Both the position numbers and the translations under genes were made by a program. Shown here piece by piece: positions 46,551 through 56,479 of a stretch of 64,000 nt of DNA. Origin of the DNA: Minisyncoccota bacterium (GTDB taxonomy: Bacteria; Patescibacteriota; Minisyncoccia; Phycocordibacterales; CAIZLB01); NCBI GenBank assembly GCA_036405975.1, contig DASWWM010000034.1, forward strand, positions 4,675 through 68,674, read 5' to 3'. Within the stretch, counting starts at the first letter, position 1; each line of letters starts with the position of its first letter. Under the pieces are notes generated by a model. That model saw only the letters and a program-made list of their open reading frames with translations. It was not told where the DNA came from and searched no databases.

Positions 46551-48398
46551 ATGAAAAACCTCATTAAAAATGCCATCGATAGGGCGGTTTCGGATACGGG
46601 CTGCACGGAGTCAGTTTCTTTTGTCATCGAGCGGCCAGCCGATATGTCTCATGGAGACTATGCCACAAACGTCGCCATGGTTCTCGGTCCGAAGCTCAAG
46701 CGGTCTCCCGTATCCGTCGCTATCGACATCGTCGAAAAACTGAAAGCCGAGATCTCATTGGAAGAAAGCGAACTCGGTCGCGCACTTCAAGGGGCTGAAG
46801 TCGCGGGTCCTGGTTTCATCAACTTGAAGCTCAGAGCCGAAGTTCATCAAAGGGAGATTTCAGAAATAGTATCGAAGGGGGGTGCGTACGGATCACACCG
46901 GTCTCTTGCCGGACAAAAGATGGCATTCGAATATACGGATCCGAATCCTTTCAAGGTTTTTCATATTGGCCATCTCATGGCGAATACGGTAGGAGAGGCG
47001 CTCTCGAGAATTGCCGGAAAGAACGGTGCAGACATTAAGCGATACTGCTATCAGGGCGATGTCGGAAGGCATGTGGCACTCACGATCTGGGGCCTCAGAT
47101 TTTTGAATCAGGATCTGCCAAACGATGATGCGTCGGTCTCAGAGAAAGTCGCATACTTCGGAAAGTCATATGCCCTCGGCGCTACGGAGTATAAGCGACT
47201 TGAAGATGAAGCAAAGAAGAATGGCGAAGTCGATGCGACTGACAGGCCTACTTCAAAAGCATTTCTTGAAGCTGACGAAGAGGTCCAGCTCATCAATAAG
47301 AAAATCTACGATCGAAGCGATGCTGAAATCAATGAGCTCTACGATGTCGGAAAGGAGTGGAGCCTTGAGCATTTCGAAGAGCTCTATGCGATTCTCGATA
47401 CCAAGTTCGACAGGTATTTCTTCGAAAGCCAGACTGCTCCTATCGGCATCGAAATTATCAAGGCGAACACTGCGCCAAACGGCAAGGGCGTATTTGAGGA
47501 AAGCAACGGGGCTGTCATTTTCCCTGGAGAAAAGTACGGCCTGCATACGCGAGTCTTTCTTACGCGAAACGGTCTTCCCGGATACGAGGCAAAGGAGATA
47601 GGCTTGGTCAAATACAAATACGAGGCCGAGCCGTATGACAGGTCTATAATTGTCACAGCAAATGAGCAGGACGGATATTTCAAGGTTGTCATGAAGGCTG
47701 CCGAATTTATCTTTCCGGATATCGCCGCGAAGAACAGCCATGTATCTCATGGCATGCTTAGGCTGACGACAGGAAAAATGTCTTCGCGAACCGGAGATGT
47801 CATCACGGGCGAATCTCTGCTTGCATCCATGACTGAGCTTTCATTGGAGAAGATGAAGGAACGGGAGATTTCGGATGAAGAAAAGAAGAGCGTTGCGGAA
47901 GCTGTAGCCGTTGCTGCGATTAAGTATACGATCCTCAGACAGGCGACAGGGAAGGACGTCATCTTCGATCCTGAGAAATCACTTTCATTCGAAGGCGACT
48001 CAGGTCCATACCTCCAATACTCATGCGTCCGAGCCGCATCACTTATCGAGAAGGCGAGAGCTGCTAATATCCCTGAGTACGTCTTTGTGCCAGGCGCAGC
48101 GGCTCCGTCATCGGCATCCGGGACCGCCGTTTTTTCCGCACAGCAGGACAAGCTTGAAAGGCTTTTGGGCAGATTCCCTGAAGTTACTGAAAGGGCTTGG
48201 ACGGATATGGCCCCGCATCATATCGCGAACTATCTCATGGAACTGGCAGGATCATTCAACTCCTTCTATGCGTCTACGCAGGTTATAAAGGAAGGGGATG
48301 CTGCTTCTGCGTACAAGGTGGCACTGGTAAGGGCGTTTTCAATAGTGATGAAAAGCGGGCTCAATGTCCTTGGAATCAAGGTTCCATCAAAGATGTAG
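46551..48398 (+). CDS. argS: Arginine--tRNA ligase
   Basis: HGDYATN, GPGFIN, NPFK.FHIGH, KMSSRTG, GPYLQY. Confidence 0.97.
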   Translation: MKNLIKNAIDRAVSDTGCTESVSFVIERPADMSHGDYATNVAMVLGPKLKRSPVSVAIDIVEKLKAEISLEESELGRALQGAEVAGPGFINLKLRAEVHQREISEIVSKGGAYGSHRSLAGQKMAFEYTDPNPFKVFHIGHLMANTVGEALSRIAGKNGADIKRYCYQGDVGRHVALTIWGLRFLNQDLPNDDASVSEKVAYFGKSYALGATEYKRLEDEAKKNGEVDATDRPTSKAFLEADEEVQLINKKIYDRSDAEINELYDVGKEWSLEHFEELYAILDTKFDRYFFESQTAPIGIEIIKANTAPNGKGVFEESNGAVIFPGEKYGLHTRVFLTRNGLPGYEAKEIGLVKYKYEAEPYDRSIIVTANEQDGYFKVVMKAAEFIFPDIAAKNSHVSHGMLRLTTGKMSSRTGDVITGESLLASMTELSLEKMKEREISDEEKKSVAEAVAVAAIKYTILRQATGKDVIFDPEKSLSFEGDSGPYLQYSCVRAASLIEKARAANIPEYVFVPGAAAPSSASGTAVFSAQQDKLERLLGRFPEVTERAWTDMAPHHIANYLMELAGSFNSFYASTQVIKEGDAASAYKVALVRAFSIVMKSGLNVLGIKVPSKM

Positions 48399-48542
48399 GG
48401 CAAGATCGGTTGTAAAATGGAAAGGGAGAAAAAGGCCTCGCCGGCGCATGTGGATAGGAGTCGGCAAGGCCTTTTTGCGTCATAGTACAATTAAGAACGT
48501 AATCACTCATTACGCTTATTAATTCTATTCCTTACCAAATTC

Positions 48543-50528
48543 ATGCAGAAATTTAGAAAAATTGCGGTAACGGCGATCTTCGCTTGCGCATTGGCGTTTG
48601 CGGGATCCTCTCCGGCTCCAGCGGCAGCGGCGACATGCGTTGATCTGCAGGCCAATATCCGGGTAGGAGACAAGGGTGCGAATGTCGCGAGTCTCCAGAC
48701 TTTCCTTTCGGAGCAGGGATTCCTCAAGGCAAAGGTTGATGGCTCTTATGGTCCTCAGACAAAGGCCGCTGTCCTTGCCTTTCAGGCAACGAGAAACCTG
48801 GTATCCGATCCAGCCGGATTTATTGGCGCGGGATCGAGAGCCCAGATCAAGGCTATCTCATGCGGAGGCACGGTAACTCCTGTGAATCCCGGCACGACTG
48901 CCCCGACTCAGCCGGGTACTTCGTATTTGCAGCCAAACATTGCGGTCTGCCAGCCCGGAATGCTCTTCAATACGGCAACGGGGCAGCCTTGCGTATCGTC
49001 TTCATCGGTGACTCCTTATACGAATATTCCTGGTTGTACCGCCACTTCGCTGTTCAGCATCGTGACAGGCCAGCGATGTGACGGGACTCAGAGCCAGACT
49101 CCGTCACAGACCGTTCTTCCTGCCGGATGTTTTCCCGGTTCACTTTTCAGCATCGTAACGGGTCTTCCGTGCTCGTCAAATAATTCTCAGACGCCTTTTA
49201 TTCCCGATACCGGAACCCCATATAACCAGAAGCCCGATCTCAGGATTACTGATGTCGTCTGTACGCCCTCATCGATCCGCGTGGGCGACAGGGTAAACTG
49301 CGACGTGTCGATAGAAAATAACAGCTCGGTAAATATCGACAGCTCATTCAATGTCGAGGTTCTCGGCGTGATCAAGACCGTTCCTTCTCCGCTCTATGCA
49401 TGGATGAAGCAGACCGTCTCGATTCCGGGGGCTTTCAGCCTTGGCACTACCGGATTCACGACTGTGAACTTCAGAATCGATTCGAGCGGAACCGTTGATG
49501 AGATCAATGAATCCAATAACACGTACAACAAGTCGTTTTATGCCAACGCTGCTGTAATTCCGGACCTCTCGCTGAATCACGCCTCTCCTACATGTCCTTA
49601 CACGTTCGGAGCAGACCTGTCTGTTGGCTCTTCAGGAAATGATGTGATTGCCCTGCAGAATATTCTCAAGTCACTCCTGTACTATTCCGGAAATTCTCAT
49701 GGATACTTCAATGATGCGGTAAAGGCCGCGGTCAGTGCATTCCAGTCGGCCAAAGGTATAACTCCGGCTGACGGCAATGTCGGTGCCGTGACAAGGGCCT
49801 CGCTCGGTGCCTCCTGCACGGGAACGGGCGGGTCTCTCTCGCTTACGCTCGCGGCAAATGTGAGCGCGACCACTGGATATCAACTCGCGCCCATCACCGT
49901 CAGCTGGACAGGGACCAATGTGATCAGCTCTTCGGTCATGACCGTCGAGCTCATCAAGGCTTCAGACAGCTCGGCTGTTGCCGGCGTCAAGACAACGGCA
50001 AAATATAGCGCGGGCAGCATTGCTGTCACGCTTCCGGCCACTCTTCCTGCTGGTCAGTACAGGTTTGCGGTCAGCACCCCTGTCTCCGGAGGATCGCTCA
50101 GGGCCGTGACGCCAGTCTTCGCAGTTCCTGAAGCCGGTGCGGTTATAAGCGCAAATGGCGCTCATGCGATCGTTGCGGAGGGTCCGAGCACGAAGAATAC
50201 GGGCCTTGTCGCCACATTCAATCTCACAGTCAAGGCGCAAGGCGTCAATATAGGCCTCCTTGCGGCTGCCGACATAGGAGTTGTGTTCATCGGCCCTAAC
50301 GGAGAGGTGATCAACGATGACAGCGTTGCGGTGGTCACGAATCCGAGCCGGACGATTTCAAGCGGGCAATCCGCTCAAGTCACGATCACTTCGAAGGTTG
50401 CTGCATCCAAGATTTCCGCGAGTGGCGCCTGGAAGGCTGATCTTCGAAGCGTGCGATGGGGCACATCCGCGCAGACTGCCCAGTATGTAGGAATCCATAC
50501 TACGCCTACGGTCACGTTCACGAAGTAG
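48543..50528 (+). CDS. Secreted protein with two peptidoglycan-binding domains, Cys mini-repeats and a CARDB domain
   Basis: G..V..LQ.FL...DG.YGP.T..AV..FQ twice; three C....LF...TG..C repeats; PDL...E.NESNN. Confidence 0.85.
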   Translation: MQKFRKIAVTAIFACALAFAGSSPAPAAAATCVDLQANIRVGDKGANVASLQTFLSEQGFLKAKVDGSYGPQTKAAVLAFQATRNLVSDPAGFIGAGSRAQIKAISCGGTVTPVNPGTTAPTQPGTSYLQPNIAVCQPGMLFNTATGQPCVSSSSVTPYTNIPGCTATSLFSIVTGQRCDGTQSQTPSQTVLPAGCFPGSLFSIVTGLPCSSNNSQTPFIPDTGTPYNQKPDLRITDVVCTPSSIRVGDRVNCDVSIENNSSVNIDSSFNVEVLGVIKTVPSPLYAWMKQTVSIPGAFSLGTTGFTTVNFRIDSSGTVDEINESNNTYNKSFYANAAVIPDLSLNHASPTCPYTFGADLSVGSSGNDVIALQNILKSLLYYSGNSHGYFNDAVKAAVSAFQSAKGITPADGNVGAVTRASLGASCTGTGGSLSLTLAANVSATTGYQLAPITVSWTGTNVISSSVMTVELIKASDSSAVAGVKTTAKYSAGSIAVTLPATLPAGQYRFAVSTPVSGGSLRAVTPVFAVPEAGAVISANGAHAIVAEGPSTKNTGLVATFNLTVKAQGVNIGLLAAADIGVVFIGPNGEVINDDSVAVVTNPSRTISSGQSAQVTITSKVAASKISASGAWKADLRSVRWGTSAQTAQYVGIHTTPTVTFTK

Positions 50529-50714
50529 GCTTTGTTTCCAGCCGAATCATCAAAGCCCGCCGTCCGGCATCGGACGGCGGGCTTTACGATTGCCAGAACG
50601 GGATTCATATTGCATTCATACCGCTTTGATACTATATTAGGGTTAATTATATAAGGCTTATCTGAGCCTGTGCACTATATAAGTATTAGAAGGTTAAAAT
50701 ACATATATACGCCC

Positions 50715-51785
50715 ATGACTGAGGCTGCTCAAAACCCATACGAAATAATCCTGTACTACAAGTACGTCGACCTTGCTGATCCGCAAGGCTTTGTTGATTG
50801 GCATAAGGCTGTCTGTGCAAACCTCAACCTCAAAGGAAGGGTCCTCATTGCGAAAGAGGGAATCAATGGAACGCTCGAAGGGCGAGTGGAAGATACGGCA
50901 GAGTATTGCCGACTCATGCATCTTCAGGACGGTTCAGAGGGAACGTTTGCAGACTTCAGCGATGTCGTATTCAAGCGAAGTCCTGGAACGGGAGTCGCTT
51001 TCCCGAAGCTCAAGGTAAAGCTTCGAGACGAAGTGGTTTCCCTCAAGCTCTCTCACGGTTCGGATGTGAATCCAAATGAAACGACGGGCATTCATCTCAA
51101 GGCAGAAGACCTAAAAAAATGGTATGAGACAGGCGAGGACTTCCTCATCGTCGATATGAGAAATGACTACGAATACAAAGTGGGGCATTTTGAAGGATCG
51201 ATCAATCCTAAAATGACAAACTTCCGAGACCTTCCCGACGTCCTTCCGGCACTTGAAGAAGTTAAAAAGGCTTCGCTTGAAGGAAAGAAAATCATCACGG
51301 TCTGTACGGGAGGAATTCGATGCGAAAAGGCGTCAGGCTTTCTGATGAAGAACGGATTCGAGAATGTGTACCAGCTCGATGGGGGGATGCATACATATAT
51401 GGAGAAATTCCCAGGTCAGGATTTCAACGGCGCTCTCTATGTATTCGATGGGCGAGAAACGATGGCATTCACCGATGACCGGCAGATTATCGGAAGGTGC
51501 ATCGCATGCGATACGGCTACTGAGCAGTTCACGAATTGCGCGCATATCAGATGTCATGCAAAGACTCTCATCTGCGGTCCCTGCATCAAGAAATCTCTTG
51601 CAGAAGCTCGGACCCTTGTCGAGGAAAATCCCGCATTCGGTCCCGTAGTGAACAAGATCCTGACTGAAGAGACGAGCGCATTTGTATTCTGCTCTGACGA
51701 ATGCCGCGCTGCGGCCATGGAAAGAATTGAGAAGGCTGCGAAGGCATCTTCTGCGGTGCCTGTTGCAGCGATTGTCGGTGCATAA
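50715..51785 (+). CDS. trhO: tRNA U34 hydroxylase TrhO (rhodanese-related, YceA)
   Basis: LYYKY, EGINGT, D.RN.YE..GHF, CTGGIRCEK, YVFDGR. Confidence 0.92.
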   Translation: MTEAAQNPYEIILYYKYVDLADPQGFVDWHKAVCANLNLKGRVLIAKEGINGTLEGRVEDTAEYCRLMHLQDGSEGTFADFSDVVFKRSPGTGVAFPKLKVKLRDEVVSLKLSHGSDVNPNETTGIHLKAEDLKKWYETGEDFLIVDMRNDYEYKVGHFEGSINPKMTNFRDLPDVLPALEEVKKASLEGKKIITVCTGGIRCEKASGFLMKNGFENVYQLDGGMHTYMEKFPGQDFNGALYVFDGRETMAFTDDRQIIGRCIACDTATEQFTNCAHIRCHAKTLICGPCIKKSLAEARTLVEENPAFGPVVNKILTEETSAFVFCSDECRAAAMERIEKAAKASSAVPVAAIVGA

Positions 51786-51898
51786 TTTGACTCTTTGGGA
51801 TTCAAGGAGCAGAATGATATTCCAGAAGGCCCTTTGACTGTCAGCTCACGCTGCGGAAGGTTCCATCGCAACCAACAACTTGGAGGCTCGTTAACAAC

Positions 51899-52042
51899 AT
51901 GAGTGAAGTTCCGAAGAATGCTACCGTTAAACGTCTGCGGCCATGGCGCCGAATCCAGTGTGCACCGTCTCGTGGTCCGTATTGGCCGCGGATCAGGCTT
52001 ATTGTCACGCGATCTCGTCTTGGCAGGTTCTCGTCTAACTAA
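51899..52042 (+). CDS. Putative small Arg-rich peptide (47 aa)
   Basis: GGAGG at 51882-51886, ATG..TAA, followed by terminator 52063-52095; below the ORF-track cutoff. Confidence 0.4.
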   Translation: MSEVPKNATVKRLRPWRRIQCAPSRGPYWPRIRLIVTRSRLGRFSSN

Positions 52043-52194
52043 GCGTTCTCTCACATGTGTTATAGGCCGCCAGCATTCCGCTGGCGGCCTTTTCTATTGC
52101 CACAAATGCCCAAAGTGCTACTATATTTTTATTGCACGGACGAGCCATAAAAAGCAGGCCATGCAGCTTTAGAAAATAACAACCAAATAAGAAA

Positions 52195-55100
52195 ATGGCA
52201 GAGAAGACCAATCCAGAGCCCCAGACAGAGGTACATGCGGGCGATGCACTCAAGACAGTCTCTGCCCAAAGGGAAGAAGCGGTTCTTTCCTTTTGGCAGA
52301 ACAACCATATATTCGAAAAGAGCCTGAAAAGGGAATCTCCAAAAGGCAATTTCGTAATTTTTGACGGACCTCCTTACGCGACGGGCTTGCCGCACTACGG
52401 CCACATACTTCCTTCGACTATCAAGGACATCATCCCGCGGTACAAGACCATGCAGGGGTATTTCGTTCCTCGACGATGGGGATGGGACTGCCACGGTCTC
52501 CCGATCGAGAATCTCATCGAGAAGCAGCTCGGACTGAAAGACAAGAAGGCGATCGAAGAATACGGCATCGGCAATTTCAATAAAGCTGCGAAGGACAGCG
52601 TATTCGGCTATGCTCGCGACTGGAAAAGGATCATCGGCAAAGTAGGGCGATGGGTCGATATGGAAAATGACTATCATACGATGGACTCAAGCTATACGGA
52701 GTCAGTATGGTGGTCTTTCAAGGCGCTTCAGGAAAAAGGACTTGTATACGATGCCTTCAAGGTGATGCCGTATTGTCCTCGATGCGAGACATCGCTCTCT
52801 AACTTCGAAGTCGGTTTGGGATATAAGGATATTCCTGATATTTCAGCGTACGTCCTGTTCCCGGTATTGGGAGATGGCGGAAAGGCCACTGAAGAAAATT
52901 TCCTTGCATGGACGACGACCCCTTGGACTCTTCCCGGAAATACCGCACTCGCGCTCAATCCTGAACTTGAATACGTACTCGTGCGAGCGAGGACTGCGTC
53001 AGGCTCAACCCTCGTATGGGTTGCAAAAGATCTCGTTGCCGGACTTTCTGCAAAAGGCATTCTCCAGAAGCCCGAAGGCGATGGGTCGGCTGATTTCGAA
53101 GCGCTCAAGATGAAGAAGGGTTCCGAGCTTTCCGGCATTTCATACACGCCTCCCTTCGATTTCTACACAGCCGCAGGGTCTCTTGCTCCTGACCAGGAAT
53201 CAAAGCGTCCTTCAGCATGGAAGACGCATGTCGCAGATTTTGTAACTGCCGAAGACGGTACAGGCATCGTGCACATTGCACCGGCATTCGGAGATGACGA
53301 CTCCAAGCTCGCTCATGCAAACGGTATCCCTGTGATACAGCATGTCGGACGGGACGGACGACTCAAAGAAGGCCTTGGAAACCTCTCCGGACTTCATGCC
53401 AAGGAAAAGGCAAATCACCAGGCTACTGACATCGAAGTGATCAAGCTTCTTGCACATGCGACCGTCTCTGACGGATCGCCCCTTCTCTTCGCGAAGGAAA
53501 AGCTCGTGCACTCATATCCGCATTGCTGGAGATGCGAGACGCCTCTTCTCAACTATGCGACAACGTCATGGTTTGTTCAGGTTACAAAGCTCAAGGATCA
53601 GCTGATCGAGGCCAATGCCACTGTTAACTGGGTTCCAAAAGAAGTGGGAGAAGGACGGTTTGGGAAATGGCTCGAGAATGTCCGGGATTGGGCCGTATCG
53701 CGAACTCGATACTGGGGAGCTCCGCTTCCTATATGGAAAGGCGAGAAGACCGGACGAGCCGAGTTCATCGGTTCCGTCTCAGAGCTTAGGGAGAGGATTG
53801 CTGACAATGGAAACAGCTTCCTTTTGATGCGACATGGGGAGTCCGAGTCGAATACCAAGAATGTGATCAATTCAAGCGTTGCCGACCTTGATCTTTATCC
53901 GCTTACGGAAGCCGGGAAGACCCAAGTTGAGGCATCGGCACGGGCAATCATCGAGCGACAGCAGAAGCGAGGCAAGAAGATCACGAGGATCTACGCTTCA
54001 GATTTTAGACGAACAAAAGAGACTGCCCGACAGGTTGCTTCAGCACTCGGACTTGATCCGAACGACATCGTATTCGATGCGAGGATTCGAGAGGTTAATG
54101 CCGGAGATTTTAATGGCGGCAGCTGGAAGCAGAGAGATGAATATTTCCCGACACTTCATGAGCGAATCTTCAAGAAATGTCCGAATGGCGAGTCAGTCGC
54201 TGATCTTAAGAAAAGGACTGCTGAATTCCTCTACGACATCGAATCAAAGCATAAGGGCGAAGATATCCTCGTCGTTACGCATGGCCTGCCACTTCGGCTC
54301 ATGATGGGCACGGCTGAAGGAAAGACTTCGAGGGACATGCTCCGGTCTGGCTGGAGAGACTACTCCGATCCGACGGCATCGCTCCATGAATGCCATTTCA
54401 AGCCGCTTCCTCACAATGAGAACTTCGAGCTCGATCTCCATCGGCCATTCATCGATGAGATCGTTTGGAATGCACAGACTCCTGACGGAGGAACTGAGGT
54501 CATGCGAAGGATTCCTGACGTATTCGACGTATGGTATGACTCGGGATCGATGCCGTTTGCTCAGAACCATTACCCGTTCGAATCAAAGGACGAGTTCGAG
54601 AAGGAGGGCAGCACCCTGTTTCCGGCAGACTTCATCTCAGAGGGGATCGATCAGACCCGAGGCTGGTTCTACTCGCTCATGGTTCTTTCGGTGGCTCTCT
54701 TTGGAAAAGCGCCGTATAAGAATGTGACGGTAAACGGACTCATCCTTGCAGAAGACGGAAGGAAAATGTCGAAGAGCCTCAAGAACTATCCGGACCTTGA
54801 GCCCACGCTTGAAAAGTACGGAGGCGATTCGCTCCGGTTCATGCTCGCATCGTCTCCCGCGACTCATGCAGAGGAAGTGCTGTTCTCTGAGAAGGCGCTC
54901 GACGAGGTGAATAAGAAAATCTTCAATCGACTTGAGAACGTATATACGTTCTACAAGATGTACGCCTCTGAAGGATTGGCGGGGGAGACCTTGTCCCATG
55001 ACTCCGTGCCGATGAGCGTTCATGTTCTCGACAAGTGGATCATCTCTCGACTCGCGGAACTCAAGCTCGAAGTCGAAAAGAATCTTGACCTGTATCAGAT

Positions 55101-55899
55101 AGATAAGGCTGCCCGACCGATCAACCTATTCGTTGATGACATCTCGACATGGTATCTCCGACGGTCACGAGATCGATTCAAGGGAGATGACGCTGCGGAC
55201 AAGCAGGCAGCTATCGATACTACCCGTTTCGCTCTCATGACAGTGTCAAAGATCATTGCTCCGTTCGTGCCGTTCATGGCTGAGCACATGTATCAGAACC
55301 TCAAGGCTGATGCCGCTGCCGCAAGTTCGGCTCTCGCCGTTACGATGCCTGAAAGCGTGCATCTCTGCGACTGGCCGACATTGCCTGAGCCGGACATGGC
55401 CCTTATCGACTCTATGGCATCGCTTCGGAAGCTTGTCGAGACTGGCTTGGCCCTTCGGTCAAAGGCTGGCATCAAGGTGCGGCAGCCACTTGCCTCGTTT
55501 GCCTACAATGCGGGCGAAATGAATCTCTCTGCCGAACTTGCGGAGATTGCAGCGGATGAGCTCAATGTGAAGAATGTCGTGGCGGGAACTGAAGTGTCGC
55601 TTGATACTGAGCTGACAAAGGAGCTCAAGGACGAAGGTCTCGTCCGAGACGTCATCCGCGCGATCCAGGAGGGAAGAAAGCTTGCGGGGCTGAATCCTGG
55701 CGATTCGATCTCTCTCGAGCTCGGTTCTGACACTGTGACACTTGAGATTCTCAAGGCATATGAACAGATGATCAAGAAGCCTGTTCTCGCCGAAGCCGTT
55801 GCTTACGGAGATGTCAATGATGCGGCGGGACAGGTTATCGAAGTCGAATCTGCGAAGGTCAGCATCCTCATCAATGTCTCATCACATCTATCAAACTAA
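52195..55899 (+). CDS. ileS: Isoleucine--tRNA ligase type 2 with inserted histidine-phosphatase domain
   Basis: DGPPYATGLPHYGH, GWDCHGLP, WTTTPWTLP, DQTRGWF, KMSKS; insert RHG...R..ETA...THG. Confidence 0.96.
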   Translation: MAEKTNPEPQTEVHAGDALKTVSAQREEAVLSFWQNNHIFEKSLKRESPKGNFVIFDGPPYATGLPHYGHILPSTIKDIIPRYKTMQGYFVPRRWGWDCHGLPIENLIEKQLGLKDKKAIEEYGIGNFNKAAKDSVFGYARDWKRIIGKVGRWVDMENDYHTMDSSYTESVWWSFKALQEKGLVYDAFKVMPYCPRCETSLSNFEVGLGYKDIPDISAYVLFPVLGDGGKATEENFLAWTTTPWTLPGNTALALNPELEYVLVRARTASGSTLVWVAKDLVAGLSAKGILQKPEGDGSADFEALKMKKGSELSGISYTPPFDFYTAAGSLAPDQESKRPSAWKTHVADFVTAEDGTGIVHIAPAFGDDDSKLAHANGIPVIQHVGRDGRLKEGLGNLSGLHAKEKANHQATDIEVIKLLAHATVSDGSPLLFAKEKLVHSYPHCWRCETPLLNYATTSWFVQVTKLKDQLIEANATVNWVPKEVGEGRFGKWLENVRDWAVSRTRYWGAPLPIWKGEKTGRAEFIGSVSELRERIADNGNSFLLMRHGESESNTKNVINSSVADLDLYPLTEAGKTQVEASARAIIERQQKRGKKITRIYASDFRRTKETARQVASALGLDPNDIVFDARIREVNAGDFNGGSWKQRDEYFPTLHERIFKKCPNGESVADLKKRTAEFLYDIESKHKGEDILVVTHGLPLRLMMGTAEGKTSRDMLRSGWRDYSDPTASLHECHFKPLPHNENFELDLHRPFIDEIVWNAQTPDGGTEVMRRIPDVFDVWYDSGSMPFAQNHYPFESKDEFEKEGSTLFPADFISEGIDQTRGWFYSLMVLSVALFGKAPYKNVTVNGLILAEDGRKMSKSLKNYPDLEPTLEKYGGDSLRFMLASSPATHAEEVLFSEKALDEVNKKIFNRLENVYTFYKMYASEGLAGETLSHDSVPMSVHVLDKWIISRLAELKLEVEKNLDLYQIDKAARPINLFVDDISTWYLRRSRDRFKGDDAADKQAAIDTTRFALMTVSKIIAPFVPFMAEHMYQNLKADAAAASSALAVTMPESVHLCDWPTLPEPDMALIDSMASLRKLVETGLALRSKAGIKVRQPLASFAYNAGEMNLSAELAEIAADELNVKNVVAGTEVSLDTELTKELKDEGLVRDVIRAIQEGRKLAGLNPGDSISLELGSDTVTLEILKAYEQMIKKPVLAEAVAYGDVNDAAGQVIEVESAKVSILINVSSHLSN

Positions 55900-56464
55900 T
55901 GCATTCGTCCTAGGCAGTTCTGATCTGGGCGAAGCGAACAAGACCCTGCTTCTCTTCACTGAGGAGCTGGGTGTTTTGTATGCGGTGGCGCAGGGCATAA
56001 GGCTTCAGAAGTCGAAGCTCAAGGCGTCGCTCCAGGATTTCTCGTATATACGAGTCTGTTTAGTAAAAGGAAAGGAGGTGTGGAGGCTGACGAGTGCCGA
56101 GAAGCTCATATCTCTTTATGACAAGCGCCTTTCGCTCGAAGCGCGAAAGGCGCTTGCGGGCATTCTCCGGTTTGTACAGAGAATGTCTCCGGGGGAAGGA
56201 AAGCAGAAAGACCTATTTGAGATTCTGACCAAGCTTTGCGCATACGTATTCCAGAACAAGATTGATCTTGCAAAGATTCATTTGATTTCGGTAGTGGCCA
56301 AGTTCAAGATTCTTCATGTGCTCGGGTACGGATCGGGCAACGACGAGTTGGTGAAGAGGTATCAAGGATCAGAATGGAATGATGCCCTTATCGAAGGTGC
56401 TTCAAAAGATGAAGAAGCGCTGAACAGGCACAATGAAACGGCTCTTCGAGAAAGTCATCTGTGA
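55874..56464 (+). CDS. recO: DNA repair protein RecO (short form)
   Basis: GEANK.L.LFT..LG...A.AQG.R..KSKL. Confidence 0.85.
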   Translation: MSHHIYQTNAFVLGSSDLGEANKTLLLFTEELGVLYAVAQGIRLQKSKLKASLQDFSYIRVCLVKGKEVWRLTSAEKLISLYDKRLSLEARKALAGILRFVQRMSPGEGKQKDLFEILTKLCAYVFQNKIDLAKIHLISVVAKFKILHVLGYGSGNDELVKRYQGSEWNDALIEGASKDEEALNRHNETALRESHL

Positions 56465-56479
56465 TATACTTTTATCCAT

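Noticed and set aside
51903-52172. 89-aa ORF upstream of ileS, or a T-box leader
   Set aside because: The ORF crosses a terminator and no T-box consensus was recognised; the 47-aa ORF fits the signals better
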